DNA of 53,874 bases, from positions 1 to 53,874 of IMG/VR virus record IMGVR_UViG_3300031787_000162; one strand, written 5' to 3'. Positions 8,492-18,058 of this stretch are shown here, one piece after another (within the stretch, counting starts at the first letter, position 1; each line of letters begins with the position of its first letter). Below the pieces are notes generated by a model. It made no database searches and was not told the origin of the DNA. It was given only the letters and a program-made list of their open reading frames with translations. This DNA is from a virus (taxonomy: Duplodnaviria; Caudoviricetes). Made by a program: the position numbers and the translations under genes.

Positions 8492-9937
8492 ATGCAATTA
8501 TTTCAACAAGAATATGACGATGACATAGCAGATAAAATACAAGCCTCGGCTAGCATATCATATGCTGCTGCAATTGAGCCTTGTAATTCAGAGATTAAAT
8601 CTAAAGCATTTAAGGCTTTGGCTTCTATTCAAGATAGCGATTTATATTATACTCAATCTATTTTAGTGAGTAGTAGTTGGAATAAAAATGATGATATTTT
8701 TGATAAAAATGAAGTATGGGCGGCAAGACATAGTCCAGAACATAAACCAACTAATCTTGAGCATGATGAAGAAACTATTATTGGTCATATAGTTTCTAAT
8801 TATCCAATAACAGAAGATGGTATTCTAATTGATGAAAATACTCCAATAGAAAATTTACCAGAAAAATATCATATTCTTACAGGCGCTGTAATTTATAAAT
8901 CTTATACAAAACCAGAACTGCAAGAAAGAACACAGGCATTAATTAAAGAAATTGAAAATGGCACCAAATACGTTAGTATGGAATGCTTTTTTAAAGGCTT
9001 TGATTATGGTTTAATTAATAAGAGTACTGGTGAGTACAAAATATTAACAAGAAATAACAGTACTGCTTATTTAAGCAAACATCTTAGAGCTTATGGTGGA
9101 TTGGGAGAACACGATAACTATAAAATTGGTAGGGTTTTAAGAAATATTACATTTAGTGGTAAAGGTTATGTAGACAAACCCGCAAATCCAGATAGTATAA
9201 TATTTAGTAAAGAATCGTTTAAGTTTATGGAAAATAATATAAATTTACCAAAAAATGAAGATATTTCAAAATCAGGTGTAATAACAACTCAGTCTAATAT
9301 TAATTCGGAGAATCAAATTATGAGTGAAGACAACAAAGTAGTAGTATCAGATTGTGCCGAGGCAACTCAAGCCGCTGAGACTACAATTGCTGAACTAAAA
9401 TCCCAACTCGAAACTCTCAGTACTTCACATGCAGAAGAACTTTCTGTTTTAAGTACCGAGAAAAATGCGTTGGCATTAGAACACGAAGAAGCTGCTAAAA
9501 AAATGAAAGATATGGAAGAAGAAAAGAAAAAAATGATGGCTTCAATTAGTGATCTAGAACTCAAATTAGAAGAAGCCAATACATCAATAGCGGCTTATAT
9601 GAAGAAAGAAAAGAAAATGATGCGCAAAGCCTCTCTAGTTGAGCATGGTTTTGATGCTAATGAGCTTGATAGTATTCTAGACAGATTTGAGAATGTTAAT
9701 GATGAAACATTCGCTGCTATGACAGAAATGTTAACAATGAAAAAGAAAAAAAATACAAAAGCTGAAGAATCTGTTGCTGAAACACCAGATTTAACTGAAG
9801 CTCTTGAGAATGTAGAAGAACCAACAGATGCGACTGTAACTGTTGGTGGCGAAGATAATACTGTCGAAAATACTCGCGCAGCATTAGTAGATTTTGTTTA
9901 TGCTAGACTAGGTAAAAAACTAAATAAGGGAGAATAA
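8492..9937 (+). CDS. Prohead protease fused to a coiled-coil scaffold
   Basis: NKNDDIF, KPTNLEH, IIGHI, YVSMEC and G.G.V.KPA motifs of phage maturation proteases; acidic coiled-coil C-terminal half. Confidence 0.8.
   Translation: MQLFQQEYDDDIADKIQASASISYAAAIEPCNSEIKSKAFKALASIQDSDLYYTQSILVSSSWNKNDDIFDKNEVWAARHSPEHKPTNLEHDEETIIGHIVSNYPITEDGILIDENTPIENLPEKYHILTGAVIYKSYTKPELQERTQALIKEIENGTKYVSMECFFKGFDYGLINKSTGEYKILTRNNSTAYLSKHLRAYGGLGEHDNYKIGRVLRNITFSGKGYVDKPANPDSIIFSKESFKFMENNINLPKNEDISKSGVITTQSNINSENQIMSEDNKVVVSDCAEATQAAETTIAELKSQLETLSTSHAEELSVLSTEKNALALEHEEAAKKMKDMEEEKKKMMASISDLELKLEEANTSIAAYMKKEKKMMRKASLVEHGFDANELDSILDRFENVNDETFAAMTEMLTMKKKKNTKAEESVAETPDLTEALENVEEPTDATVTVGGEDNTVENTRAALVDFVYARLGKKLNKGE
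9275..9286 (+). promoter_or_regulatory. Putative internal late promoter for scaffold and capsid genes
   Basis: GGTGTAATAACA, then SD GGAG (9307-9310) and in-frame ATG 9320. Confidence 0.5.
9320..9937 (+). CDS. Nested in-frame scaffold protein (internal start)
   Basis: In-frame ATG at codon 277 with its own SD, at the protease/coiled-coil boundary (MSEDNKVVVSD...). Confidence 0.55.
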   Translation: MSEDNKVVVSDCAEATQAAETTIAELKSQLETLSTSHAEELSVLSTEKNALALEHEEAAKKMKDMEEEKKKMMASISDLELKLEEANTSIAAYMKKEKKMMRKASLVEHGFDANELDSILDRFENVNDETFAAMTEMLTMKKKKNTKAEESVAETPDLTEALENVEEPTDATVTVGGEDNTVENTRAALVDFVYARLGKKLNKGE

Positions 9938-9938
9938 C

Positions 9939-10388
9939 ATGGCTCTTAAACCAGATCGTATTGAACACTTAACAGATATTTCATTTTTCATGAACACAGT
10001 TGCTGAAAGAGGCGGCGTAGTTTCTTTTGTTACTAGTGGTGTTGGCGTATCGATGGATGATGCCGATGCTGTAGTAGCATACGCAACAGCTGCTTCAGGC
10101 AGTGTGCCAGCAGGCGTTTTGCTTAACGATGTAGTTAATCTTGACCTAACAAGACAGCATATTAACTGGCATAAGGATGAAGTACAAGTTGGTGGTAAGG
10201 TGACACTATTAAGAGTAGGTCAAGTTACTACAGATCTTGTTGATGGTAATCCAGAAGCTGGTGATGGTGCTTATGTTGGTCCAAGTGGAACAATTTCCAC
10301 CACATCAACAAACGCTGTCAAAATCGGTACATTCCTTAGCGGTAAGGATGCCGATGGTTACGCTAAAGTCTCAGTAAACATTCAGTAA
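9939..10388 (+). CDS. Capsid decoration/cement protein
   Basis: 149 aa, Gly/Val beta-rich, between scaffold and MCP, strong SD AAGGGAGA. Confidence 0.65.
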   Translation: MALKPDRIEHLTDISFFMNTVAERGGVVSFVTSGVGVSMDDADAVVAYATAASGSVPAGVLLNDVVNLDLTRQHINWHKDEVQVGGKVTLLRVGQVTTDLVDGNPEAGDGAYVGPSGTISTTSTNAVKIGTFLSGKDADGYAKVSVNIQ

Positions 10389-10409
10389 TTAAGAAACGGA
10401 GAAATAAAA

Positions 10410-11420
10410 ATGTCAGCTCATACTAAGTCATTTCAACCAAATCCAGAACTAACTGACCTCTTAGTTCGATCTGGTTCACTGAATAAAGAGGAGGCTTTAG
10501 CCGCAAATTCTGAATTTGCAAAAGCCTTAGAATTACCACTTCGTCAGGGTATTCTAAATGGTAATATTCTAGATAATATCTTTGAACCAATCGTATTGGC
10601 TCAAAGTGCTACTCCAGAATTTCCATTAGATTTTCTTGCTCCTGGTACAGAAAAAGATTTCGTCGCTTACACTATCCCAAATCACGGATATATTCCAGAG
10701 CGTCATGTTGAAGGCGATTATGTTATGGTTCCAACCTATGATATTGGCGCTAGCATTGATTATCTCTTAAAGTATGCTCGTGATGCTCGTTGGGATGTTG
10801 TTGGTCGTGCTATGGAAGTTATGGAAGCTCAATTCGTCAAAAAGATGAATGACGATGGCTGGCATACACTTCTTGCTGCTGGTACAGATCGCAATATCGT
10901 TGTATTCGACAGCGATGCTGATAGTGGCCAATTTACCAAGAGACTAGTATCTCTCATGAAAACAGTAATGAGAAGAAATGGTGGTGGTAATAGTGCTAGT
11001 AATAATCGTGGTTTATTAACTGATCTTTATGTTTCTCCAGAAGCAATGGAAGATATTCGCAACTGGGGAGTTGATCAAGTTGATGAAGTTACTCGTCGTG
11101 AAATTTATGTTGCTGCTGATGGTACGCTTAACCGTATATTCGGCGTCAATCTTCATGATCGTGATGAACTAGGAGAAGGTCAAGAATATCAACTATTCTA
11201 TGACAATGTACTATCTGGCACACTACCAGAAGGTGACGTTGAATTAGTAGTTGGTTTAGATCTTCGCAAGAGAGATAGCTTCATAATGCCAGTTCGTCAA
11301 GAAGTTCAGATCTTCGAAGACGATACTCTTCATCGTCAGAAGAGAGCTGGTTTCTATGGTTGGGCAGAACAGGGTTTTGCTGTTCTCGATAACCGTAGAG
11401 TACTACTTGGCTCACTATAA
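10410..11420 (+). CDS. Major capsid protein (HK97 fold)
   Basis: 336 aa, position after protease and decoration genes, strong SD GGAGA, followed by a terminator. Confidence 0.85.
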   Translation: MSAHTKSFQPNPELTDLLVRSGSLNKEEALAANSEFAKALELPLRQGILNGNILDNIFEPIVLAQSATPEFPLDFLAPGTEKDFVAYTIPNHGYIPERHVEGDYVMVPTYDIGASIDYLLKYARDARWDVVGRAMEVMEAQFVKKMNDDGWHTLLAAGTDRNIVVFDSDADSGQFTKRLVSLMKTVMRRNGGGNSASNNRGLLTDLYVSPEAMEDIRNWGVDQVDEVTRREIYVAADGTLNRIFGVNLHDRDELGEGQEYQLFYDNVLSGTLPEGDVELVVGLDLRKRDSFIMPVRQEVQIFEDDTLHRQKRAGFYGWAEQGFAVLDNRRVLLGSL

Positions 11421-11449
11421 TAATTAGATATAATTTATCAATTATCATA

Positions 11450-11487
11450 AGAAGAATGGCTGGCCTAGTGCCAGCCTTTCTTTTTTT
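11450..11487 (+). terminator. Rho-independent terminator after the MCP gene
   Basis: GGCTGGC-CTAGT-GCCAGCC stem-loop followed by TTTCTTTTTTT. Confidence 0.85.
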
Positions 11488-11493
11488 ATAAAA

Positions 11494-11505
11494 GGTGTAT
11501 ATCTA
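11494..11505 (+). promoter_or_regulatory. Putative late promoter restarting transcription after the MCP terminator
   Basis: GGTGTATATCTA, 7 nt after the U-tract and 48 nt before ATG 11542. Confidence 0.6.
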
Positions 11506-11541
11506 TATACTTAAATCACAATATCTAGCCAAGAGGATATT

Positions 11542-11940
11542 ATGTCTGCTACTAAACACGATTTTCCAATTGAGCAAGGTAGTTCCTTTAAACTACAATT
11601 GATATATAAGGATCAAAATAATAATCCTATAGATTTAACTGATTATTGCGCTAGACTAACATGGACTACTAATAGTGGTGAAACTTCTATTTTTACTACA
11701 GAAAATATGGATTTATCATTATATAGTTTTACTATAGATGGACCAAATGGCACATTGGTTTTAATGTTACCAGCGTCAAAAACAAACACATTAAATTTCG
11801 ATATTGCTCAATATGATTTAGAAATTCAATCTAATATTGATTTATATACTGGTGGAGGAAAAGAAGTAATAAGACTACTATATGGAACCATTACGCTAAT
11901 TAAAAGGTATAGTCAAACAAATACACTATTACAATGTTAA
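11542..11940 (+). CDS. Small beta-sandwich virion protein
   Basis: IEQGSSFKLQLIYKD...DLTDY...YDLEI...LLYGTI pattern common in phage minor structural proteins. Confidence 0.55.
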   Translation: MSATKHDFPIEQGSSFKLQLIYKDQNNNPIDLTDYCARLTWTTNSGETSIFTTENMDLSLYSFTIDGPNGTLVLMLPASKTNTLNFDIAQYDLEIQSNIDLYTGGGKEVIRLLYGTITLIKRYSQTNTLLQC

Positions 11941-11955
11941 TATAAAGGTAATATT

Positions 11956-12486
11956 ATGGCATGGCAAAATGAAATAGTAACAATTATTAGAGTGCTTATT
12001 AATGATTTAAGTTCTACTCCACAATATAGTGATGCTAGACTACAGCAGTTAGCGGTAGTAGCGGCTCAATATGTACAGTTTGATGTAAATTTAGATAATA
12101 AATATGTAATTAATATAGCTTATCCAAGCATTACTCCAGATCCTACTCTAGATCCTAAAGATGATATTTTTATAAGTTTAGTATCATTAAAGGCTTCATG
12201 CTTAGTTGACCAAAGTACATTTAGAACTAAAACAGCTTTAGAAGGTATTAGGGCGGCATTAGGACCTGCTAGTTTAAGTGTTGGTGGTAACTTAGCTGGA
12301 TATAAAACATTATTAGCAGAGGGACCATGTTCAATGTATGAACAATTAACTCTTCGTTGGGATGTTTCCAATGCTAGTGCTGTTAGAGCTATATTTAGTC
12401 CATTTATTGGCAATAATTTTGATCCACAAAATCTAAATAATCCTAACTACAACCATAGTAGATATGAAGATAATCAATATTATTAA
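11956..12486 (+). CDS. Putative head-tail adaptor
   Basis: IRVLINDL...YSDARL helical N-terminus; position after MCP. Confidence 0.55.
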   Translation: MAWQNEIVTIIRVLINDLSSTPQYSDARLQQLAVVAAQYVQFDVNLDNKYVINIAYPSITPDPTLDPKDDIFISLVSLKASCLVDQSTFRTKTALEGIRAALGPASLSVGGNLAGYKTLLAEGPCSMYEQLTLRWDVSNASAVRAIFSPFIGNNFDPQNLNNPNYNHSRYEDNQYY

Positions 12487-12497
12487 AGAGAATTATA

Positions 12498-13031
12498 ATG
12501 TCTACTTATGATACTAATATATTGATAAATACTACTAGCAATAATATAGAAGTTATAAAATATACTAATAATATTATAATTAGTCAGAGTAATCAGGGAA
12601 TTATTCCACATAATCACGAATTATCTGATATTACTAATATTGATGATTTAATTATTACATATCCACAATTATCTACTAATAGTAGTGTTCAACTTAATGT
12701 TTCTAAAAGAACAGCATCAGCATGGATTAATTTTAACGCTGTTGGTATAGTTAATATTAGAGATAGTTTTAATATAAGTAGTATTATTGATCAGGGAGTT
12801 GGTCGCTATACTGTTAATTTTACTTATCCATTTATTAATACTAATTATACTTTTACAGCATGGGCTAGGGATTTTAATACTGATACATATATTATTAATA
12901 CATTAGGAGCAAAGGCTAACTCTGTTAAAACTACTAGTAGTGTAGAAATTATATTTAACGATATATTAAATGGATTAAATTATGATAGCTCAGAATGCAA
13001 TCTGGTATTTTTTGGAGTTTTAAATGTATAG
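12498..13031 (+). CDS. Short tail-fibre-like protein
   Basis: HNHELSDI (HxH fibre motif) and AWINFN...IRDSFNISSIIDQGVGRYTVNF, a widespread fibre C-terminal domain. Confidence 0.65.
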   Translation: MSTYDTNILINTTSNNIEVIKYTNNIIISQSNQGIIPHNHELSDITNIDDLIITYPQLSTNSSVQLNVSKRTASAWINFNAVGIVNIRDSFNISSIIDQGVGRYTVNFTYPFINTNYTFTAWARDFNTDTYIINTLGAKANSVKTTSSVEIIFNDILNGLNYDSSECNLVFFGVLNV

Positions 13032-13251
13032 AATAATATATCCAAATAACAATAGTTCTATAAATATTATCATTCCAGTAGATGATCAAAATTTGGATCA
13101 TGTCACACAACTAGCTCATAATCAAGTGCCAAAAGATGTAGTATTTAAAATTATAACTATTAATGATCTTCCAGAAGATAGAGTATTTAGAGATGCTTGG
13201 ACATATGATTTTACCAATTATGATGGAATAGGAAATGGTGGTGATATATGA
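13024..13251 (+). CDS. Fibre-associated small protein
   Basis: RIIYPN...VP...II...DLPEDRVFRDAW motif, typically found next to the preceding fibre domain. Confidence 0.55.
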   Translation: MYRIIYPNNNSSINIIIPVDDQNLDHVTQLAHNQVPKDVVFKIITINDLPEDRVFRDAWTYDFTNYDGIGNGGDI

Positions 13252-13499
13252 TCACAATTAATATGGATATAGCTAGGCAGATATGGAAAAATAAAATTAG
13301 AATCAATAGAAAAACCATATTTGAAAAATTAGATATTTTATATTTACGAGCTATCGAAAACAATAATAGTGTAGAGCAACATAATATAGCTATTCTTAAA
13401 CAAAAATTAAGAGATGCTCCGTCTGATTCTAGAATTGAAAATGCTATAAGCCCGTCAGAACTATTAATCATTAATCCATTATTAGAAATAAATATATGA
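13248..13499 (+). CDS. Tail-fibre assembly chaperone-like protein
   Basis: INMDIAR...IR..R...LD...KQKLRDAP motif. Confidence 0.55.
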   Translation: MITINMDIARQIWKNKIRINRKTIFEKLDILYLRAIENNNSVEQHNIAILKQKLRDAPSDSRIENAISPSELLIINPLLEINI

Positions 13500-14026
13500 G
13501 TAATTTTACAGGTATTATCACACCTCAATTTAAACAAATATTTAAAGATGCTATATTAGCTCTCTTAGAAGATACTGCATTAACTGTACCGTGTAAACTA
13601 TATTTTGATAATACAAAATTAAGCGACTGTCCCAATTGTGTTTACGATCCAATTAATCAAAGATCTAGTAATCAATACCAAACAGGCGGACCAATACCAT
13701 TTGTTAATGGTCAAGTTTGTCCATACTGTATAGGTGCTGGTAGTCTAACATTCTCTTCTGAAGAAACTGTATATTTAGGTATTATTAAACCTGTATTTTT
13801 TGGTATGGATCAATTAGAATTAAATAATGTAAACTTTGTGGACGGCATGATACAGTCTTTATCATCAATAGATATTTATGCTAAACTTAAAAATGCATCA
13901 TATATTATTGTTGATACTAATATTACAAATTTAACTAATACTAAATTTATTAGACACAGAGATCCAATACCTGTTGGTTTTGGAGATAATTCTTTTATTA
14001 TTACCACCTGGCAAAATGTGCAATAA
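13496..14026 (+). CDS. Putative head-closure/neck protein with a Zn-ribbon
   Basis: CPNC...CPYCIGAG; located in the neck module. Confidence 0.5.
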   Translation: MSNFTGIITPQFKQIFKDAILALLEDTALTVPCKLYFDNTKLSDCPNCVYDPINQRSSNQYQTGGPIPFVNGQVCPYCIGAGSLTFSSEETVYLGIIKPVFFGMDQLELNNVNFVDGMIQSLSSIDIYAKLKNASYIIVDTNITNLTNTKFIRHRDPIPVGFGDNSFIITTWQNVQ

Positions 14027-14673
14027 TGGTAAATTTATCAGGATTTTTAAAATTAGAAGAAACTGAAAGTCAAATAAATAAAAAAATACTAGAAGCATTA
14101 CTTCCGGAAGTTGACAAATATCTCAATAAATTATTTAATAAAGTATCTGTACAAATTAAGGATACTATTATTGAAGCAATTAAAAAAGCACCAGAATATT
14201 CATCATTATTATATGGTCAATTAAAAGCTGAGTTTGGTTTACCAGATAGTGATACTAGAGTTAATTCAATTGTTAATTTTTGGCAAGATATATCAGTAGA
14301 ATACAAAAATACTAAAATTAGTAGAAATACTTTAAGTGGAGGCTTTAAAATTAGTATGATTAAGAGAGATTTTAGTGATGTTCTAGGATCCTCTGATGCT
14401 ACATTTATTACTGAAAAAGGAGATACTCTTAATTGGTTGGAGTGGTTATTATTATTTGGCAATAAGACTATTATTAAAGAATATAATATTGAACTAGGTC
14501 CTAACCCCAGATCAAGAACAGGTATGGCTATTATGAAAGGTGCTGTAGCTGGAAAGTGGTCGGTACCCAGTACTTATTCTGGAACAATAAATAATAATTG
14601 GATTACCAGATCTATCGATTCTGTTGATTCTACTATAAATAGCATATTATCTAAAGCATTAAAGGACACATGA
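14026..14673 (+). CDS. Putative neck/tail-completion protein
   Basis: Position; WLEWLL...SRTG...NNWITR; translationally coupled to the previous gene (TAATG). Confidence 0.45.
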   Translation: MVNLSGFLKLEETESQINKKILEALLPEVDKYLNKLFNKVSVQIKDTIIEAIKKAPEYSSLLYGQLKAEFGLPDSDTRVNSIVNFWQDISVEYKNTKISRNTLSGGFKISMIKRDFSDVLGSSDATFITEKGDTLNWLEWLLLFGNKTIIKEYNIELGPNPRSRTGMAIMKGAVAGKWSVPSTYSGTINNNWITRSIDSVDSTINSILSKALKDT

Positions 14674-14674
14674 T

Positions 14675-15709
14675 ATGGCGTTTACATATGGTAATGAAAA
14701 ATTTAGCGGAGTTTCTAGCATAGGCGAGAAACTAATACTTGCTCAAATAGAAAATAATATTAAGTCTTTTCTTGAGTGGGGATTTTTAAATATCGGTGGC
14801 TTTATTAATGTTCAAAGAAATCAAACAAATATCTATAATAATCCATTATCAAAATTAAAACCCACAGAGGATCCTAATTATCAAAATGGACAAGTATGGC
14901 AAACCATTAGAAAAGATTGGATTTGGGAAAATGATATTACATACACAAGATGTATTACTCCTGTTGGAGAAACCACTAGTGATCCATGTCCGTCACCATA
15001 TGTGCAAACCTCATCGCCAGTATTAATTAATGGTATATACGTTAATAACGTATTTTATCCATTAAATACAATAGGTCAATATGCTTATAAGATAGATTAT
15101 ATTAATAGTAGAGTTATATTCAATAATCCAATTAATTTAAATTCTATAGTAGAAATGGAATATTCATATAGATGGGTTCAGGTATATAGTTATGATAATG
15201 CTAAATGGTGGCAACAATTACAATATAAAACAGATGATAATCTAGCTCATTTTAATCAATTAAATAAAGGAGATTTTAGTATACTAAGTAACAATCGTGT
15301 ACAATTACCAGCAATTATTATAGAATCTATTGCTAGAGGATTATCTAAACCATTTCAATTAGGAGATAAATCTCTTGTGATGAAACAAGAAATTATGTTA
15401 CACATTGTTGCTGAAAATATGGCTGATAGAAATAATTTAATAGATATTCTTCGATTACAACAAGATAAATTTATTAGAATGTATGACACCAATCTAGTAA
15501 TATTAGATGGAGTTCAGCCATTTAATATTGATGGTACTTTAAATCCTGATAGATTAAATTATGGGGATTTAATTTTTGATAATGATTATATATGGTTAAA
15601 TGCTAGATTGACCGATATTTTTGCTTCTGAGGTTCAATCTTTTAGTCCATTTTTATCAGAAGCGAATGTAAAACTAACCGTTGAGACAATTTCTGAAATT
15701 AATAATTAA
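14675..15709 (+). CDS. Putative tail terminator/structural protein
   Basis: Directly upstream of the tail tube gene; VQLPAIIIE motif; contains a TTSDPCPSP insert. Confidence 0.45.
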   Translation: MAFTYGNEKFSGVSSIGEKLILAQIENNIKSFLEWGFLNIGGFINVQRNQTNIYNNPLSKLKPTEDPNYQNGQVWQTIRKDWIWENDITYTRCITPVGETTSDPCPSPYVQTSSPVLINGIYVNNVFYPLNTIGQYAYKIDYINSRVIFNNPINLNSIVEMEYSYRWVQVYSYDNAKWWQQLQYKTDDNLAHFNQLNKGDFSILSNNRVQLPAIIIESIARGLSKPFQLGDKSLVMKQEIMLHIVAENMADRNNLIDILRLQQDKFIRMYDTNLVILDGVQPFNIDGTLNPDRLNYGDLIFDNDYIWLNARLTDIFASEVQSFSPFLSEANVKLTVETISEINN

Positions 15710-15711
15710 TT

Positions 15712-15723
15712 GGTGTATTATTA
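15712..15723 (+). promoter_or_regulatory. Putative late promoter upstream of the major tail gene
   Basis: GGTGTATTATTA in the short intergenic gap, then SD GGAGA and ATG 15757. Confidence 0.6.
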
Positions 15724-15756
15724 GCTAGCAACACACTTTATAATGGAGAATTCCAA

Positions 15757-16671
15757 ATGCCAAACAAAAGAATTTTTTATGCTAGTCATGCTGTAGGCGT
15801 AAACGGCACTGTTGTCGTAGGTGCGCAAAGTGTTGGATTAAATACTAATTTTAATCTAGAACAAGTATTCCAATTAGGCAGATTAGCAATTTATGACAAT
15901 ATAGCTACTGATCCAGATGTGGAAATCACAATTAGTAAGGCTTTGGATGGATATCCAACTATCTGGGAGTTGGCTACTGGTGGTGGTTCATTAGTAGAAA
16001 ATGCTAATGATCAAAGCGAAATAGTATTAGCTGTTGATGACGAAACACAAGATTTTGTCGCAGCTCCACATACAGCAGCTGTCACTATGACTGGTTGTTA
16101 TGTTAGTTCATTAACCTATACATTTCCTGTTGATGGTAATTTAACAGAAGAACTCGTATTTGTTGGCAGTCACAAAGCTGTTGGAGGCACGGTTATAACT
16201 CCACCAGCTAATCCAAATGAAAGAGTATTACGTAGACAAAATGTCAAGATTGGAGATAGTACATTACCAACCATGGTAAGCGGTAGAAGACTAAGTCAAA
16301 TTAGTATTAGTGCTGATCTTGGTAGAGAAAAAATGTTTGCTCTAGGTCAATTAGCTCCATTTCATCGTTTTGTTAATTTCCCTCTTGAAATTACAGTATC
16401 TTTTGATGTTATTTCAGATGGTGAAAACGCAAATGTTCTTGCTGGTCCATCATTTGATGAAACTTCAGGTGAATGCGTAGGTATTGATATTCAGAAAGAA
16501 CCCATTGTAATTAAATTGTGCGATAGCGATGGAATAATTGCTTATACTTTCGATTTAGGCAGCGGTTGTTCATTACAGAGCGTAAGTTATAGTGGTGGCG
16601 ATACTGGTGGTGGTAATGTTACTGAAACATATACTTATATTACCTATAATGAATTGACTATCACTGGCTAA
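15757..16671 (+). CDS. Major tail tube protein
   Basis: 304 aa, acidic and beta-rich, with internally repeated QSV...LEQVFQLG / QISI...REKMFALG elements; strong SD; upstream of chaperones and tape measure. Confidence 0.7.
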   Translation: MPNKRIFYASHAVGVNGTVVVGAQSVGLNTNFNLEQVFQLGRLAIYDNIATDPDVEITISKALDGYPTIWELATGGGSLVENANDQSEIVLAVDDETQDFVAAPHTAAVTMTGCYVSSLTYTFPVDGNLTEELVFVGSHKAVGGTVITPPANPNERVLRRQNVKIGDSTLPTMVSGRRLSQISISADLGREKMFALGQLAPFHRFVNFPLEITVSFDVISDGENANVLAGPSFDETSGECVGIDIQKEPIVIKLCDSDGIIAYTFDLGSGCSLQSVSYSGGDTGGGNVTETYTYITYNELTITG

Positions 16672-16697
16672 TTGATAATTTTTAATAAGGATGCGGT

Positions 16698-17750
16698 GTG
16701 GAACTTGATATTGAAGATACTCTATATAGAATTATTAATGGATATTTTTATATAGAAGTTAATAATATAAATTATAAAATAGTGATGCCTGGTATTGAAG
16801 AAAAATACCAGGCTCATTGTTTTTATAAGAATATCTTATCTAGTAATAAATATAGCGATAGCTGGATATCCGAAGAATCTATTAAAAGATTGCTCGTTAA
16901 ATATAATATTTGGAATGATAATAAAGAACAAGACTTTAAAAAATTACTAGAAGCTTTAGATAAGACTAAAATAGAATATTATCTTAATTTTAATACGATT
17001 ACTAAAAAAAATCAAATTAAATTAATAATTAATAATCTTAATGATAGTATAAATAAAGCTTATATAGAAAAACATCACTTTGATCATCTAACACTTGAGT
17101 ATTATGCTCAAAATATGAAAAATCAATATCTGATCTACACCATGGTGTATAAAGATAGTGTAAGAGTTTTTAATGATGATTTTGAATCTATAGATGCAAA
17201 TTATTTACATCAAATTATTGCAGAAATTCATAATAATACATTAGGAAATGAGGACATTAAAGCAGTAGCTAGACACGATTTGTGGAAGTCATATTGGACA
17301 TCTAATAAAGACAATGTTTTTGGTACTAATATTAGAAATTTAACGGACGAACAACGATCTTTAATTAATTTTTCCAGGACTCTGGATGCTATTAGAGAAC
17401 ATCTCGAAGCCCCAACAGAAGAAATAATTAATGATAATGATGCTTTAGACGGTTGGTTATTATATCAAAATGATAAATCTATTAAAGAGAAAAAACAAAA
17501 GATAATTACAGAAAAATATGGATTAGATAAAAAAGATGTTGGAGAAGTTTTCGTTATGACTAATAATAAGGAAGAGATGAAAGAAATATATAGCTTAAAT
17601 GATAATCAAACTAATAAAGATATTAAAAATATGCAAAAATTAGCTCTAAACAATATTGATAAATCAATTCCATGGTCAGAGGTGCCTCATGTGAAAAGAG
17701 AATTACAACAACAAGCAATGACAATGCAAAAAGATAGACTGAAAGGATAA
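16698..17750 (+). CDS. Hypothetical protein, possible tail assembly chaperone
   Basis: Helical; lies between tube and tape measure; GTG start; DDALDGW-like motif (DNDALDGW). Confidence 0.4.
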   Translation: MELDIEDTLYRIINGYFYIEVNNINYKIVMPGIEEKYQAHCFYKNILSSNKYSDSWISEESIKRLLVKYNIWNDNKEQDFKKLLEALDKTKIEYYLNFNTITKKNQIKLIINNLNDSINKAYIEKHHFDHLTLEYYAQNMKNQYLIYTMVYKDSVRVFNDDFESIDANYLHQIIAEIHNNTLGNEDIKAVARHDLWKSYWTSNKDNVFGTNIRNLTDEQRSLINFSRTLDAIREHLEAPTEEIINDNDALDGWLLYQNDKSIKEKKQKIITEKYGLDKKDVGEVFVMTNNKEEMKEIYSLNDNQTNKDIKNMQKLALNNIDKSIPWSEVPHVKRELQQQAMTMQKDRLKG

Positions 17751-17752
17751 TT

Positions 17753-18058
17753 ATGAACGATCAAAATAAAATTATACAAAATATTGAAAAAAGATTCAAA
17801 ACTTTAATGATAGGTAGTATTTCTAGATTTGAACAAGCGTTTGGATATTTATGGAATCATGGACACGAACCAACCAACGAAAAAGAAGAATTCTTTAGAG
17901 ATAAATGGGAGGATTTGAGATACGAATTGTTAAATCATGGTAATCATCAAATAAGATCAGCTATAAACGAATTAGATGATTTTATTAATCATGATTCAAA
18001 ATATAAATATAATTATAATTTTCTATTAAAACCTAAGAATGGAGATCGCAATGTTTGA
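17753..18058 (+). CDS. Hypothetical protein
   Basis: 101-aa ORF with SD AAAGGA, co-oriented in the operon. Confidence 0.6.
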   Translation: MNDQNKIIQNIEKRFKTLMIGSISRFEQAFGYLWNHGHEPTNEKEEFFRDKWEDLRYELLNHGNHQIRSAINELDDFINHDSKYKYNYNFLLKPKNGDRNV

